Below, one piece after another: positions 19,399 to 31,056 of a DNA stretch of 64,000 nt (position 1 is its first letter; every line of letters begins with the position of its first letter). The notes beneath the pieces are model-generated. The model did not search any database. It had not been told where the DNA came from and saw nothing but the letters and a program-made list of their open reading frames with translations. Source of the stretch: an uncultured delta proteobacterium. GTDB lineage: Bacteria; Desulfobacterota; Desulfobacteria; Desulfobacterales; JAHEIW01. The stretch covers positions 1 through 64,000 of the forward strand of contig CAVPNL010000013.1 in the NCBI GenBank assembly GCA_963706575.1, written 5' to 3'. The translations under genes were made by a program, and so were the position numbers.

Positions 19399-21402
19399 AT
19401 GGCGACAAAACTCGACCAACTCTGTATCAACACGATTCGCATGCTTTCAGTCGATGGGGTGCAAAAAGCCAAATCGGGTCATCCCGGCATGCCTATGGGC
19501 GCTGCCGCCATGGCCTATGTTCTCTGGACGCGCTTTTTACGGCATAACCCCCAAAATCCCGACTGGCCCGACCGGGACCGCTTTGTGCTGTCGGCCGGCC
19601 ACGGCTCGATGCTGCTTTACAGTCTTTTGCATCTGAGCGGTTATGATTTATCCCTCGAGGCGCTTCAAAATTTCCGCCAATGGGGCAGCAAAACTCCCGG
19701 CCATCCGGAACACGGGCTGACACCGGGGGTGGAGACCACCACCGGCCCTCTGGGACAGGGCTTTGCCAATGGTGTGGGCATGGCCCTTGCCGAACGCTAC
19801 CTGGCTGCACACTTTAATCGACCCGGTCATCACATTGTGGACCATTTTACCTACGGCATCATCAGCGACGGGGATCTCATGGAAGGCATCTCCCATGAGG
19901 CCGCTTCACTGGCCGGACACCTGGGCCTGGGCAAATTGATCTATTTCTACGATGACAACCACATTTCCATCGAGGGTGATACCGACATCGCATTTACCGA
20001 AAACCGCACCGGCCGTTTTGTGGCCTACGGCTGGCATGTCCAGCGGGTCGATGACGGCAACGACCTGGAAGCGCTGGAACAGGCTCTTGATGAGGCTCGC
20101 AAAGAAACCAGACGGCCATCATTGATTGCGGTGCGAACCCATATCGGTTACGGAAGCCCCAACAAACAGGATACGGCCGGCGTACACGGGGAGCCCCTGG
20201 GGCCTGAAGAAATCAACCTGACCAAAGACAACCTGAAATGGCCCCGGGAGCCGAGCTTTCTGGTTCCGGATGAAGTCACAGCACATTTTCGTCAGGCAGT
20301 TGACGCGGGTCGTAAACTGGAAAACCGCTGGCAGGCGGCCTTTGAAGCCTATCGGGAAAATTTTGAAGCACCGGCTGCTGAATGGGACCGCTGGCTAAGC
20401 GGCCGGCTGCCGGATGGCTGGGGAAATGATATTCCGGTTTTCGAACCCGATGAAAAAGGCCTGGCAACGCGGGTGGCCTCCGGAACGGTGCTCAATGCGG
20501 TAGCGCCGCGGATTGCCAACCTGATCGGCGGGTCGGCGGACCTGGCGCCTTCCACAAAAACGCTGCTTAGCGGTGAAGCCGACTACCAGGCGACGAATTA
20601 TGCCGGCCGCAATCTGCGTTTCGGTGTCAGGGAACATGCCATGGGGGGGATTTTAAACGGCATGGCGCTGCATCGCGGTATAATTCCTTACGGGGCCACG
20701 TTCTTAGTTTTTTCTGATTACATGCGGCCTGCTATCCGTCTGGCGGCTTTGACAGAATTGAAGGTCATTTATGTGTTTACCCATGACAGTATCGGCGTGG
20801 GTGAAGACGGCCCTACCCATCAACCGATAGAACATCTGGCCTCCCTGAGGGCAATGCCAAACCTCATCGTCATCAGACCCTGTGATGCGAATGAAACCGC
20901 CGAGGCCTGGCGCGCCGCCATCAGTCACCGCAACGGCCCGGTGGCCCTGGCATTAAGCCGCCAGAATCTACCTACCCTGAACCGTAATTCCAAATACGCA
21001 TCCGCAGAGGGCCTTCACCAGGGAGCGTATATTTTAAATGAGGTCGCCGGTCAAAAACCGGACGTTGTCCTGATCGCCAGCGGTTCAGAAGTTCACATTG
21101 CCCTTGAAGCGGCAGCAAGGATCCGGGCCAAAGGACCGGCGGTGCGGGTGGTCAGCATGCCCTCCTGGGAACTGTTTGAGGCCCAGCCGGCAGAATATCG
21201 TCACCGCGTCCTGCCGCCGGAAATAAAGGCCAAAATCGCCATCGAGGCCGGCAGCTCCCAGGGCTGGCATCGCTATGTGGGTGAATTCGGTCACATTATT
21301 GCCCTGGATCATTTCGGTGCCTCGGCGCCTTCCAAAGTTCTGTATGAAAAATTCGGGCTCACGGCGGACTGCGTCGTTGAAAAAGCGCTGGAAATTGTAT
21401 AA
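19399..21402 (+). CDS. tkt: transketolase
   Basis: [23 protein letters not shown] and [16 protein letters not shown]. Confidence 0.98.
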   Translation: MATKLDQLCINTIRMLSVDGVQKAKSGHPGMPMGAAAMAYVLWTRFLRHNPQNPDWPDRDRFVLSAGHGSMLLYSLLHLSGYDLSLEALQNFRQWGSKTPGHPEHGLTPGVETTTGPLGQGFANGVGMALAERYLAAHFNRPGHHIVDHFTYGIISDGDLMEGISHEAASLAGHLGLGKLIYFYDDNHISIEGDTDIAFTENRTGRFVAYGWHVQRVDDGNDLEALEQALDEARKETRRPSLIAVRTHIGYGSPNKQDTAGVHGEPLGPEEINLTKDNLKWPREPSFLVPDEVTAHFRQAVDAGRKLENRWQAAFEAYRENFEAPAAEWDRWLSGRLPDGWGNDIPVFEPDEKGLATRVASGTVLNAVAPRIANLIGGSADLAPSTKTLLSGEADYQATNYAGRNLRFGVREHAMGGILNGMALHRGIIPYGATFLVFSDYMRPAIRLAALTELKVIYVFTHDSIGVGEDGPTHQPIEHLASLRAMPNLIVIRPCDANETAEAWRAAISHRNGPVALALSRQNLPTLNRNSKYASAEGLHQGAYILNEVAGQKPDVVLIASGSEVHIALEAAARIRAKGPAVRVVSMPSWELFEAQPAEYRHRVLPPEIKAKIAIEAGSSQGWHRYVGEFGHIIALDHFGASAPSKVLYEKFGLTADCVVEKALEIV

Positions 21403-21441
21403 AGCTTAAAATCGATTTGATGGGAAAGGAAAACCACAGGT

Positions 21442-22140
21442 TTGAAAAAACAGGACGAATTAAAACAGAAAGCGGCCCATCGCGCCGTCGAATTCGTTGA
21501 TTCCGGCATGGTGGTGGGCCTGGGTACCGGCAGCACGACAGCGTTTGCAGTGATTCGAATCGGTGAGCGTATTAAATCCGGTGACCTAAAAAACATTGTC
21601 GGCATTCCAACCTCCATCCGAACTGAAAAGCTGGCCCGAGACCTGGATATTTCTTTAGCGACCCTGGATGAACAGCCTGAAATCGATGTGACCATCGATG
21701 GGGCCGACGAGGTCGATCCGGAGCTGAATTTGATCAAGGGCGGCGGTGGTGCCCTGCTGCGCGAAAAAGTGGTGGCCCAGGCCAGCCGGCAAAATATTAT
21801 CATCGTGGATGAAAGCAAGCTGTCACCCCGTTTGGGCACCCGCTGGGCCTTGCCGGTCGAAGTCATCCCGTTTGCCGCAAAATCCGCAGAAAACTTTCTC
21901 AAATCACTGGGGGCCACCGTCATCCTGCGCCTTGATGATAACCGCCAACCCTATCAAACCGATCAAAACAATTTCATCCTTGATGCAAATTTTGGTGAAA
22001 TGACGGATCCAAATCGTGTGGCTGCAAGCCTGAATGAACGCGCCGGCATTGTGGAACACGGACTTTTTCTGGGCCTGGCCAGCGACGTCATTGTAGCGGC
22101 TGAAGATGACATCCGTCATCTCAAACGCAACGACTTATGA
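21442..22140 (+). CDS. rpiA: ribose-5-phosphate isomerase A
   Basis: GLGTGST, DGADE and IKGGGGALLREK. Confidence 0.98.
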   Translation: MKKQDELKQKAAHRAVEFVDSGMVVGLGTGSTTAFAVIRIGERIKSGDLKNIVGIPTSIRTEKLARDLDISLATLDEQPEIDVTIDGADEVDPELNLIKGGGGALLREKVVAQASRQNIIIVDESKLSPRLGTRWALPVEVIPFAAKSAENFLKSLGATVILRLDDNRQPYQTDQNNFILDANFGEMTDPNRVAASLNERAGIVEHGLFLGLASDVIVAAEDDIRHLKRNDL

Positions 22141-22800
22141 AAACACGACGACAATTTATCAAATTCAGCCTTAAATTTCTCTCCGGCCTGGGCATTTTTT
22201 TCGGCACCTTAGGCACCTGGTTTGAAAAAGTCTCTGCCCAGGCCAAACGAATCCTGGTTCCTAAAGGTACCGACCTGTCGACATTGAGAAATGAAAATCC
22301 CGCCACCCTGGATACCCGTAATCTGGAAGTGCGCCCCTTGAAAGCAATTTGAGACCATGGGTCAAACCGACCATGAAGCGGACCTAAAATCATGGCGGCT
22401 GTTAATTGACGGCAATGTGACCACACCGACCCGGCTCACCTATTCCCGCATCGTTGAACTTCCATCGATTGCACGCAGGGTTTTGCTGATTTGTCCCGGA
22501 ATCTTCACCAACCACGGGAACTGGAAAGGGATTTCGCTGATGACGGTCCTGAACCTGGCCGGCATGAAAGCCGATACCACCGATATTATCGTTTCCGGGC
22601 CGCAAGGCGCCTATGAAAAGGTAGAGAAATTTCCGATAGCCGACATCCGCTCCGATAAAGTGTTTTTAGCCTATCAGGTCAACGGCCAAAGATTACCGCA
22701 AAAGCACGGATTTCCTCTGCGCATCGTTGCCGAAGATTACTACGGCGACGAATGGGTCAAATATGTGTATAAGATAGAGGCAATTACGGCTGACAGTTAG
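22137..22800 (+). CDS. Tat-exported molybdopterin oxidoreductase (sulfite oxidase/MsrP-like); one frameshift near 22345
   Basis: TRRQFIK signal; LICPG and LPQKHGFPLRIV...WVKYV; split between two ORFs. Confidence 0.8.
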
Positions 22801-22967
22801 GTATTGTGGTATTAGGTAATGGGTAATGGGAATCGGATGCTGGAGGCGCAATGTTTGATAACAGATGAGTTAGCCACAAGGCTGAGAGGACAAGGCACAA
22901 GGTGTTACATACGACTGGATTCCGTTTTTAAAATCCGACAATCATGAAATCGTAAAAGGATCTTTCC

Positions 22968-25710
22968 ATGGATAACACAGATTATCGCTCGCAAATCGAA
23001 ATTAAAAATAGAACGTATACCTTTTATGACATTACCCGGCTGGAAAAAAAGGGTATCGCCGACGTTAAACGCCTGCCCTATTCGATCAAAATCCTGGTGG
23101 AAAACCTTTTACGAAAGCTGGACGGTCGGGTGGTGCTTGACGAAGATCTGAAAAACATCGCGCGCTGGCAAAAAAGCTATGAAACGCCGGTGGAAATTCC
23201 TTACCACCCCGCGCGGGTGTTGATGCAGGATTTTACAGGCGTTCCGGCGGTTGTCGATCTTGCGGCCATGCGCGATGCGGTCAAAGATCTGGGAGGGGAT
23301 CCTCGGAAAATCAACCCGCTGGTCCCGGTGGATCTGATTGTCGATCACTCCGTACAGGTCGACTATTTTGGCACCACCGATGCCATCACCCAAAATGTCG
23401 CCAAAGAGTATGAGCGTAACGCAGAACGCTATGCCCTGCTAAAGTGGGCCCAGAAAAGCTTTGATAATTTCAACGTCGTACCCCCCAACTCCGGCATCTG
23501 CCACCAGGTGAACCTGGAACATCTGGGGCGTGTGGTCATGACCGAAAAAACCGGCAATGCGACGGTGGCCTATCCGGATACCCTGGTGGGCACCGACTCC
23601 CACACGCCAATGATCAATGCAATTGGTGTAATGGGATGGGGTGTCGGCGGCATAGAGGCCGAAGCCGTCATGCTGGGCCAGCCTTACTACATGTCAATTC
23701 CGCAGGTCATTGGCGTCAAACTGATGGGTGAGTTGTCAGAAGGCATTACGGCAACCGATCTGGTGCTGACCGTCACCGAATTGCTTCGCCAGCGTAACGT
23801 GGTTGAAAAATTTGTGGAATTTTTCGGCCCCGGCATGAAAAACCTGACCGTCACCGATCGCGCCACCCTGGCCAATATGACCCCGGAATACGGCGCCACA
23901 TTGGGCTTTTTCCCCATCGACGAGAAGACGATCGATTACCTCAAGATGACCCACCGGGCCGACCAGGCCGAAATCGTTGAAACCTATGCCAAAACTCTGG
24001 GTCTCTTCTATTCTGATGCTGCCGAGCCCGAATACTCCGAGGTCGTCGAACTCGATCTGGCCACGGTGGTGCCCTGTGTTGCCGGTCCGGCGCGGCCCCA
24101 GGATCGCATCAACCTCAGCGACCTGAAACAAAATTTTGCAACCCTGCTCGGTTGCGACGTATGAGCGCGACACGGATGTCGAACATATGTCCACCTACCA
24201 CGATGAGTCCGGCTCAAAAACCAGCCGCCCCGATACCTGCTCGCCCAAAAAGAAAGCCTGTCATGTGGTGATAAACGGCAAATCCGTAAAACTGTGTGAT
24301 GGCGACATCGTCATCGCTGCCATTACCTCCTGCACCAATACCTCCAATCCGTTTGTGATGCTGGGCGCCGGACTGGTCGCTAAAAAGGCCGTTGAAAAAG
24401 GATTGGCTGTCCCCCCATATGTGAAGACTTCCCTGGCGCCGGGTTCAAAGGTCGTCATTGATTATCTAAAAGACGCCAAATTACTGTCTTACCTGGAAAG
24501 CCTGGGCTTTTACCTGGCCGGTTTCGGCTGCACCACCTGTATCGGCAACAGCGGCCCTCTGCCGCCTGAAATCGAAAAGGCGATTAAAGACAAAGATTTA
24601 ACCGTGGCGGCCGTGCTTTCGGGCAACCGTAATTTTGAAGCCCGCATTCATCAGCAGGTGCGCGCCAATTTTCTGGCATCCCCAATGCTGGTGGTGGCCT
24701 TTGCCATTGCCGGCAGCATCGATGTTGATTTGACCACCGAACCGCTCGCTCAGGATCCAGCGGGCAACCCGGTGTACCTGAAAGATATCTGGCCAACGGC
24801 AGAAGAAATTGAAGGCCTCATCCATCAGCATGTCAAACAACAATATTTCAAAGAGGAGTACGCAAAAATTTTCGATGGGGATGCATTCTGGCTAGACCTT
24901 CCGGTTGCTAAGGGCACGACATTTGAATGGCAAAACCAATCGACATACATTCGCAAGCCTCCCTATTTTCAGGAATTTTCCCTTGAGATCGCGCAACCGG
25001 CGGATGTTCAAAACGCCGGGGTTTTACTGGTTTTAGGAGATTCGCTAACCACCGACCATATTTCTCCGGCCGGCGCCATCCCGCCGGATTATCCGGCCGG
25101 AAAATATTTGATCGAGAAAAATGTGGCGCCGGCAGATTTTAATTCTTACGGATCCCGCCGGGGTAACCACGAGGTCATGATGCGCGGCACCTTCGGCAAC
25201 ATCCGTATTAAAAATAAGCTGGTGGATCCCAAAGAAGGCAGTTACACGCTAAAATTCCCGGCGCGTCAGGAGATGTTTGTCTATGATGCCGCCATGCAAT
25301 ATATGGCCGAAACAAAACCACAGGTGGTTCTGGGCGGCAAGGAATACGGCACCGGATCATCACGGGACTGGGCCGCAAAAGGCTCCCAGTTGTTGGGCAT
25401 AAAGGCCGTTATTGCCGAATCCTATGAAAGAATTCACCGCAGTAATCTGGTGGGTATGGGCGTGCTGCCGCTAACCTTCAAAAACGGCGACAGCTGGGAA
25501 AACCTGGGCCTAGACGGCTCGGAGACGTTGACCATCACCGGCATCGCAAACATCGAGCCCCTGAAAACCCTTCATGTCGGCGCTGTTAAGCCCAATGGTA
25601 GTGAAATTGAGTTTGAGGTCACCGCCCGGCTGAACACCGATATCGACGTGGCATACTTTAAGCACGGTGGTATTTTGCCGTATGTTTTGCGCAAAATCAT
25701 GACCGAATAA
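22968..25710 (+). CDS. acnA: aconitate hydratase A; one frameshift near 24155
   Basis: RVLMQDFTGVP, GTDSHT, AITSCTNTSNP, GCTTCIGNSG and GSSRDWAAKG across two ORFs. Confidence 0.93.
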
Positions 25711-25773
25711 TGCGAGTGTTTCAATTTTTAAAAAGGGTTATGAGGTCTTATGTTCGAGGAGAAAGGCTAAATC

Positions 25774-27000
25774 ATGGAAACAGAAAGTAGGATCACCATA
25801 AACAACGATGGCACCCTAAGCGTCCCGGATACACCCCGCATTCCGTTTATCGAAGGCGACGGCATCGGACCGGAAATCTGGCATGCAACGCGCCAGGTCA
25901 TCGACGCTGCCGTTCATAAAGCCTATGAGGGCCGGAAGAAAATTTCATGGCTGGAGGTTTTGGCCGGCGAGAAAGGATTTGAGAAAACCGGCAACTGGCT
26001 GCCGGATGAAACACTGGCCGACATTGAAAAGCACGCGGTGGCCATCAAGGGTCCCATGACGACGCCGGTGGGCAAGGGGATTCGCAGCCTGAATGTGACA
26101 ATCCGCCAGACAGCTCGATCTTTATGCCTGCGTGCGGCCGGTGCAATATATCAAATCGGTTCCCAGCCCCGTGAAAGACCCCGAAAGCGTTAACATGGTC
26201 GTTTTTCGGGAAAATACCGAGGACCTGTACGCCGGTATCGAGTTTCAAGCCGGCAGTGCGGATGCGGATAAAGTGCGGCGATTTTTAAACGAGCAAATGG
26301 GAACCGCATTGCCCGCCGATGCGGGGATCGGCATAAAACCCATCAGCGCCACCAATACCAAACGGCTGGTGGCCAGAGCCATTAAATATGCCCTGGAAAA
26401 CGGCTTTACCAGTGTGACCCTGATGCACAAAGGCAACATCATGAAATTTACCGAAGGCGCCTTCGCCCAGTGGGGTTATGAGGTGGCTGCCGAAAAATTC
26501 AGCAGACCAGACGATTACCGAAAAGGAACTGTGGGACGACTATCGAGGGCAAGCAACCGCAAGACAAACTGGTGATCAAAGATCGCATCGCCGACATGCT
26601 CTTCCAGCAGGTGCTGCTGCGACCGAATGAATTCGGCGTCATTGCCACACCTAACTTAAACGGGGACTATCTTTCAGATGCCCTGGCCGCTCAGGTGGGA
26701 GGACTGGGATGGCGCCGGGTGCCAATATCGGCGACCGTTGTGCGGTGTTTGAAGCCACCCATGGCACCGCTCCCAAATATGCCGGCCTGGACAAGGTTAA
26801 TCCCAGCTCGTTGATTCTTTCCGGGCGCCATGATGCTGGACCATATGGGCTGGCGCGAGGCATCCCGCCTGATTCGTGACGCCCTTCAAAGTACGATTGA
26901 AGCCAAGACCGTCACCTACGATCTGGCCCGTCAAATCAGAGAAGCAAAGCAACTGAAGTGCTCCGAGTTCGGCCAGGCGATTGTAGACCATATGGGCTAA
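25774..27000 (+). CDS. icd: NADP-isocitrate dehydrogenase; four frameshifts
   Basis: [48 protein letters not shown] and TVTYDLAR lie in successive frames. Confidence 0.92.
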
Positions 27001-27008
27001 CCACGGTT

Positions 27009-27198
27009 TCAGGTGTCAATCACCAGGTTCGGGGTTCAACGTTCAAAGGCTCGAGGTTGGATTACAGAAAACAGAGATCAGAGGACAGATAAAAACCAGA
27101 GAGTAGTGCAGTTCTCAGCGGCTGCCAGAAACCAGGCAATTAAATACTGAAACTTCTCAACCCTGAACCTTTGAACTCTGAACCTCGGAACTGACACC
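27009..27198. repeat. inverted heptamer tandem repeats (GGTTCA / TGAACC type)
   Basis: AGGTTCGGGGTTCAACGTTCAAAGG ... CCCTGAACCTTTGAACTCTGAACC; GGTGTCA/TGACACC at the ends. Confidence 0.65.
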
Positions 27199-27262
27199 CG
27201 ATTTGTAAGGATCGCCCACCATTGGCGACATAGAGATTACAATTCCAGAAAAATTTGAGGAG

Positions 27263-27604
27263 ATGAATTTTATGGACACCTACTATCAACCGGAAGATCT
27301 TGCCAGATTTGAAGAAATCGGCAAAGAGGCGCCCGAACTGGCTCGCAAGTTCTTCGATTATTACAATGCCGTATTTGCCGAAGGCGATCTGACGGAACGC
27401 GAAAAAGCCCTTATTGCCCTGGCAGTATCCCATGCGGTCCAGTGCCCCTACTGCATCGATGCCTACACCCAGGCCTGCCTGGAAAAGGGGTCCAATTTGG
27501 CGGAAATGACCGAAGCCGTCCATGTCGTCACCGCTATCCGCGGCGGTGCTTCCCTGGTTCACGGTGTTCAAATGCGTAACATTGCCCGCAAATTGTCAAT
27601 GTGA
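27263..27604 (+). CDS. AhpD/CMD-like protein associated with ArsS clusters (TIGR04169-like)
   Basis: YYQPEDLARF, REKALIALAV, QCPYCIDAY and IRGGASLVHGVQM. Confidence 0.88.
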   Translation: MNFMDTYYQPEDLARFEEIGKEAPELARKFFDYYNAVFAEGDLTEREKALIALAVSHAVQCPYCIDAYTQACLEKGSNLAEMTEAVHVVTAIRGGASLVHGVQMRNIARKLSM

Positions 27605-27623
27605 TAAAAAAGACCGACTTCTA

Positions 27624-28635
27624 ATGGACTCTCAAACAGCCATAGCCAAACCACCACCATCACAGGGGCAAAAGACCACAGAGGTGATGCCTTTCAAGTC
27701 GATGCTGACCGAACATCATCTTGAACTGGTTCGCAAGCCCACGCATACATTGCAGATTAATCTGGGATTTTTATGCAACCAGACCTGTCAGCACTGCCAC
27801 CTGAATGCCGGGCCGGGGCGCAAAGAAAACATGGACGCCGATACACTCGAGGAAGTGGTGGCCTATGCCCGCAGAAGTCAATTTGAAGTTATTGATATCA
27901 CCGGTGGCGCGCCGGAACTCAATCCCCACCTGGTGGAATTAATCGGAAAAGTCTCTCCCCTGACACCGAGAATTATGCTGCGGTCCAATCTTTCGGCGTT
28001 GCAGACGAATATGCAGCGCTTGATCGAATCCCTCAGATCACACCGGGTGGTGATCGTGGCATCGTTTCCATCATTGAATCTGACCCAAACGGATTCTCAA
28101 CGGGGAAACGGAATTTTTGAAGAAAGCATCGACGCACTCCAGCAATTGAATGCCGCCGGTTACGGACGCAACGAATCCGGGCTGGAGCTTAACCTGGTAT
28201 CCAATCCCACCGGAGCCTTTCTGCCACCCAGCCAGGAACAAACCGAAAAAAGGTACCATCAGATTCTGGAAAAAAAATGGGGCGTGACGTTTAACAGCCT
28301 GTTTAATTTTGCCAATGCGCCGCTCGGGCGTTTCAGGAAATGGTTGATCCAATCGGATAATTTTGAAAATTACATGCAAAAACTGGTCTCCAATTTCAAC
28401 CCCTGTGCGGTTGAAGGGTTGATGTGCCGAAGCCTGGTTTCGGTTTCCTGGGATGGGCACCTGTATGATTGTGATTTCAACCTCGCCAGGGGTCTTTATA
28501 TGAGCGGTAAAAAGATACATGTCAGCGATATGCCGGGGCCGCCGCAACCCGGCACCCCCATCATCATCCGCCGATCATTGTTATACATGTGCGGCCGGAT
28601 CCGGCTTCACCTGAGGCGGGGTCATCGAAGCCTGA
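27624..28635 (+). CDS. arsS: arsenosugar-biosynthesis radical SAM (seleno)protein; frameshift near 28568, Sec at 28612-28614
   Basis: LQINLGFLCNQTCQHCH, DITGGAPE, LNLVSNP and LYDCDFN; C-terminus in the shifted frame reads ADHCYTCAAGSGFT-UGA-GGVIEA*. Confidence 0.85.
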
Positions 28636-28643
28636 GTTCAGGC
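28630..28643 (+). promoter_or_regulatory. candidate bacterial SECIS apical hairpin
   Basis: GCCTG-AGTT-CAGGC stem-loop with GU in the loop, about 20 nt 3' of the in-frame UGA. Confidence 0.6.
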
Positions 28644-28655
28644 AGGAGAAAGCAG

Positions 28656-30013
28656 ATGCCGGCAGCGATGTCAGAACGGTTGATTGTTTTCACGCGATTT
28701 CCCGAGCCCGGAAAAACCAAAACCCGTTTGATTCCGGTTCTGGGCGCAGAGGGTGCCGCCCGCCTGCAGCGACAGATGACCGAGCACATCATTGCGACCG
28801 CTGCAAAGGTAAGCCTAAGCTACCGCCCCGGCCTGACTATTGAAGTTTACCACGAAGGCGGCCACACCGATTTGATGCAGGAGTGGCTGGGGCCGCAATT
28901 CAGCTATCGTCCACAAGAACCGGGTGATCTGGGTCGGCGGATGGCGCGTGCATTCGAAGAAGCATTCCAGGGCCCAAAAGGAGCGGCCGTTATCGTCGGC
29001 AGCGACATACCGCAGATTTCAGCAAACATTATTCAGCAGGCATTTGATGGGTTGCAAAAAACCGATCTGGTGCTCGGCCCGGCGCGCGACGGCGGGTATT
29101 ACTTAATCGGCTTGAACAATACCATCCCGGCTGAAACCTATACCCGTCTGTTTGACGACATAAACTGGGGGACCGGCCAAGTCCTTTCTCAAACTTTAAA
29201 GGCGGCCGGGGAGTCAGGGTTGCGGTTTATCCTGCTGGAGCCGTTAGGTGATGTGGATCGTCCCGCTGATCTTCATCTCTGGCAAGCGGTTAAAAAGACT
29301 GCAGCTAAACCGTCCCCGGCGCAAATAATATCCATCATCATTCCGGCACTGAACGAGGCGGCAACCATTGACCGGACACTTTCCCACCTCGAAGGGGTCG
29401 ACAACCTGGAAGTGATCGTCGTTGACGGCGGCAGCATTGATGAGACGGCCGCGTTGGCCAGATCCCGCGAAGCGAAGGTGATTCAATCAAACCCGGGCAA
29501 AGCCATTCAGATGAATACCGGCGCCGCAGCGGCGGCGGGCGAAATCCTGGTATTCCTGCACGCCGATACCCTGCTGCCCGAAGGCTTCAGTCATCAAATC
29601 GTTTCTGCCTTGAATCAAAAGGGTGTTGCGGCCGGGGCCTTTCGGTTAAGCGTTGATTCACCCGCTGCGGGATACGATTCATTGAATGCATGGCTAATTT
29701 ACGTTCCCGCTTTTTGCGACTGCCCTATGGCGACCAGGCCCTGTTTATGAAAAAATCGCTTTTTGACGAAATCGGCGGTTTTCCCGAAATGCAGATTATG
29801 GAAGACTTTATTCTGGTTCGCCGCTTAAAGCGCAAGGGCAAAATCGTCATTGTGCCCAAGGCGGTGGCGACATCGGCGCGCCGCTGGCTGCATCTGGGTG
29901 TTTTTAAGACATGGCTCATCAATCAGCTGATCATCATCGCCTATTATCTGGGCTTGCCCCCTGAACGATTGACCCGCATATACCGCCGCGAAGCAGGCAA
30001 AAGCGGTAATTAA
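28656..30013 (+). CDS. fused glycosyltransferases of ArsS clusters (TIGR04282/DUF2064-like plus TIGR04283/GT2-like); frameshift near 29670
   Basis: Own AGGAG RBS; RFPEPGKTKTRL, GPARDGGYYLIG, DVDRPAD, IIPALNE, FLHADT, PYGDQ and MEDF. Confidence 0.85.
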
Positions 30014-30030
30014 CCTCGAGGCAAATTGCT

Positions 30031-30588
30031 TTGTGGAATAGAAGAAAATTTTTAAAAGCAGCAGTCACCGGCCTTATTGGCACAACGGGCATTTTTGCTT
30101 TTCTGAAGGGGTACAAAAGAATATACAATATTGAGGATATCGTCGAATACCCAAGTCCAATTCTTTGTAGCGTTTCGCAATCCATTGATTTAATTGATGA
30201 GTCAATCATTACCCTTGGAAATTCGATGATTTCGATATTGAGATACCATGCACCCTTCGAATTTTTTCTCAGAGGGTCCCTTTATAAAGGATTGGCAGCT
30301 CCACAGGTAGGTGTTCAAAAGCGGCTGATTGTCTGTGGCCTTTATGGAGAAATCAAGATACTGATTAACCCTGAAATATTGGAACAAAGCGGATCGTATT
30401 CAAATAGCGAATATTGTTTGTCATTGCCACGACATCATCGGAAAACGATCAAACGCTCTCAAAATGTAACGGTAAAGTACAAAACTTTAGAAAATACCGA
30501 AAAAATCCTGATTGCAAAGAACAGTTCCGCGGCCCTCCTGCAACATGAAATCGATCATCTGGACGGGGTGCTCTATATCGACTACTAG
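30031..30588 (+). CDS. def: peptide deformylase-like protein with a twin-arginine N-terminus
   Basis: GLAAPQVG, EYCLS and QHEIDHLDG; N-terminal NRRKFLK followed by a hydrophobic stretch. Confidence 0.8.
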   Translation: MWNRRKFLKAAVTGLIGTTGIFAFLKGYKRIYNIEDIVEYPSPILCSVSQSIDLIDESIITLGNSMISILRYHAPFEFFLRGSLYKGLAAPQVGVQKRLIVCGLYGEIKILINPEILEQSGSYSNSEYCLSLPRHHRKTIKRSQNVTVKYKTLENTEKILIAKNSSAALLQHEIDHLDGVLYIDY

Positions 30589-30925
30589 ATTGTGTCCTAA
30601 AAATAAATTACGCTATGATTGCGACTCCCGCGCAGAGCCTGCCCCCGCGCAGATGGGGGCGGGAGTCCAGTTCAAAGACGCCTGGATTCCCGCCTGCCAG
30701 ACTGTGTCGTAATCTTCAAGCGAGGAAAATGAGCCCTTTTGTCATTCCGGGCTTGACCCGGAATCCAGTGCTTTTTCAAAGTTTTACAGTGCTGGATGCC
30801 GGATCAAGCCCGGCATGACAGGCAGAATTTAAGCGCTTTTTTGAATTACGACACAGTCTGCTGCGCGGGCATGACGAACGGATAGCACACCCCAGTGCTT
30901 AATATTATTTTAGACAATATTTCTG
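30586..30925. repeat. nested REP/MITE assembly (four layers)
   Basis: Outer imperfect inverted repeat; REP doublet about 30622-30875; MITE 30698-30860; inner REP doublet 30741-30819. Confidence 0.8.
30698..30860. mobile_element. MITE with perfect 16-bp TIR and 4-bp target duplication
   Basis: CAGACTGTGTCGTAAT / ATTACGACACAGTCTG; CTGC duplicated at 30694-30697 and 30861-30864. Confidence 0.85.
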
Positions 30926-30937
30926 GTACATATCAGC

Positions 30938-30975
30938 AGAACCCATCTCAAAAATGTATTTAGAGATGAGTTCTA
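30938..30975. mobile_element. collapsed family-B MITE (ends only)
   Basis: AGAACCCATCTCAAAA-short spacer-AGAGATGAGTTCTA. Confidence 0.65.
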
Positions 30976-31056
30976 GAAAGCCGCCATGCTGTTTCTGCCG
31001 ACCACGTTCCAACCGATAGGAAACACAGGGAACATCCATAGGAGGGATTGTTACAA

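Noticed and set aside
22340..22356. TGA at 22350 as selenocysteine in the molybdopterin oxidoreductase
   Set aside because: The downstream ORF is in a different frame, so readthrough would not join them; a 1-bp indel does, and the catalytic Cys is a normal TGT
27522..29750. 742-aa radical SAM-glycosyltransferase fusion protein
   Set aside because: The conserved ArsS C-terminus, a stop codon and a new RBS/ATG lie in another frame, so the fusion is best explained by a 1-bp insertion
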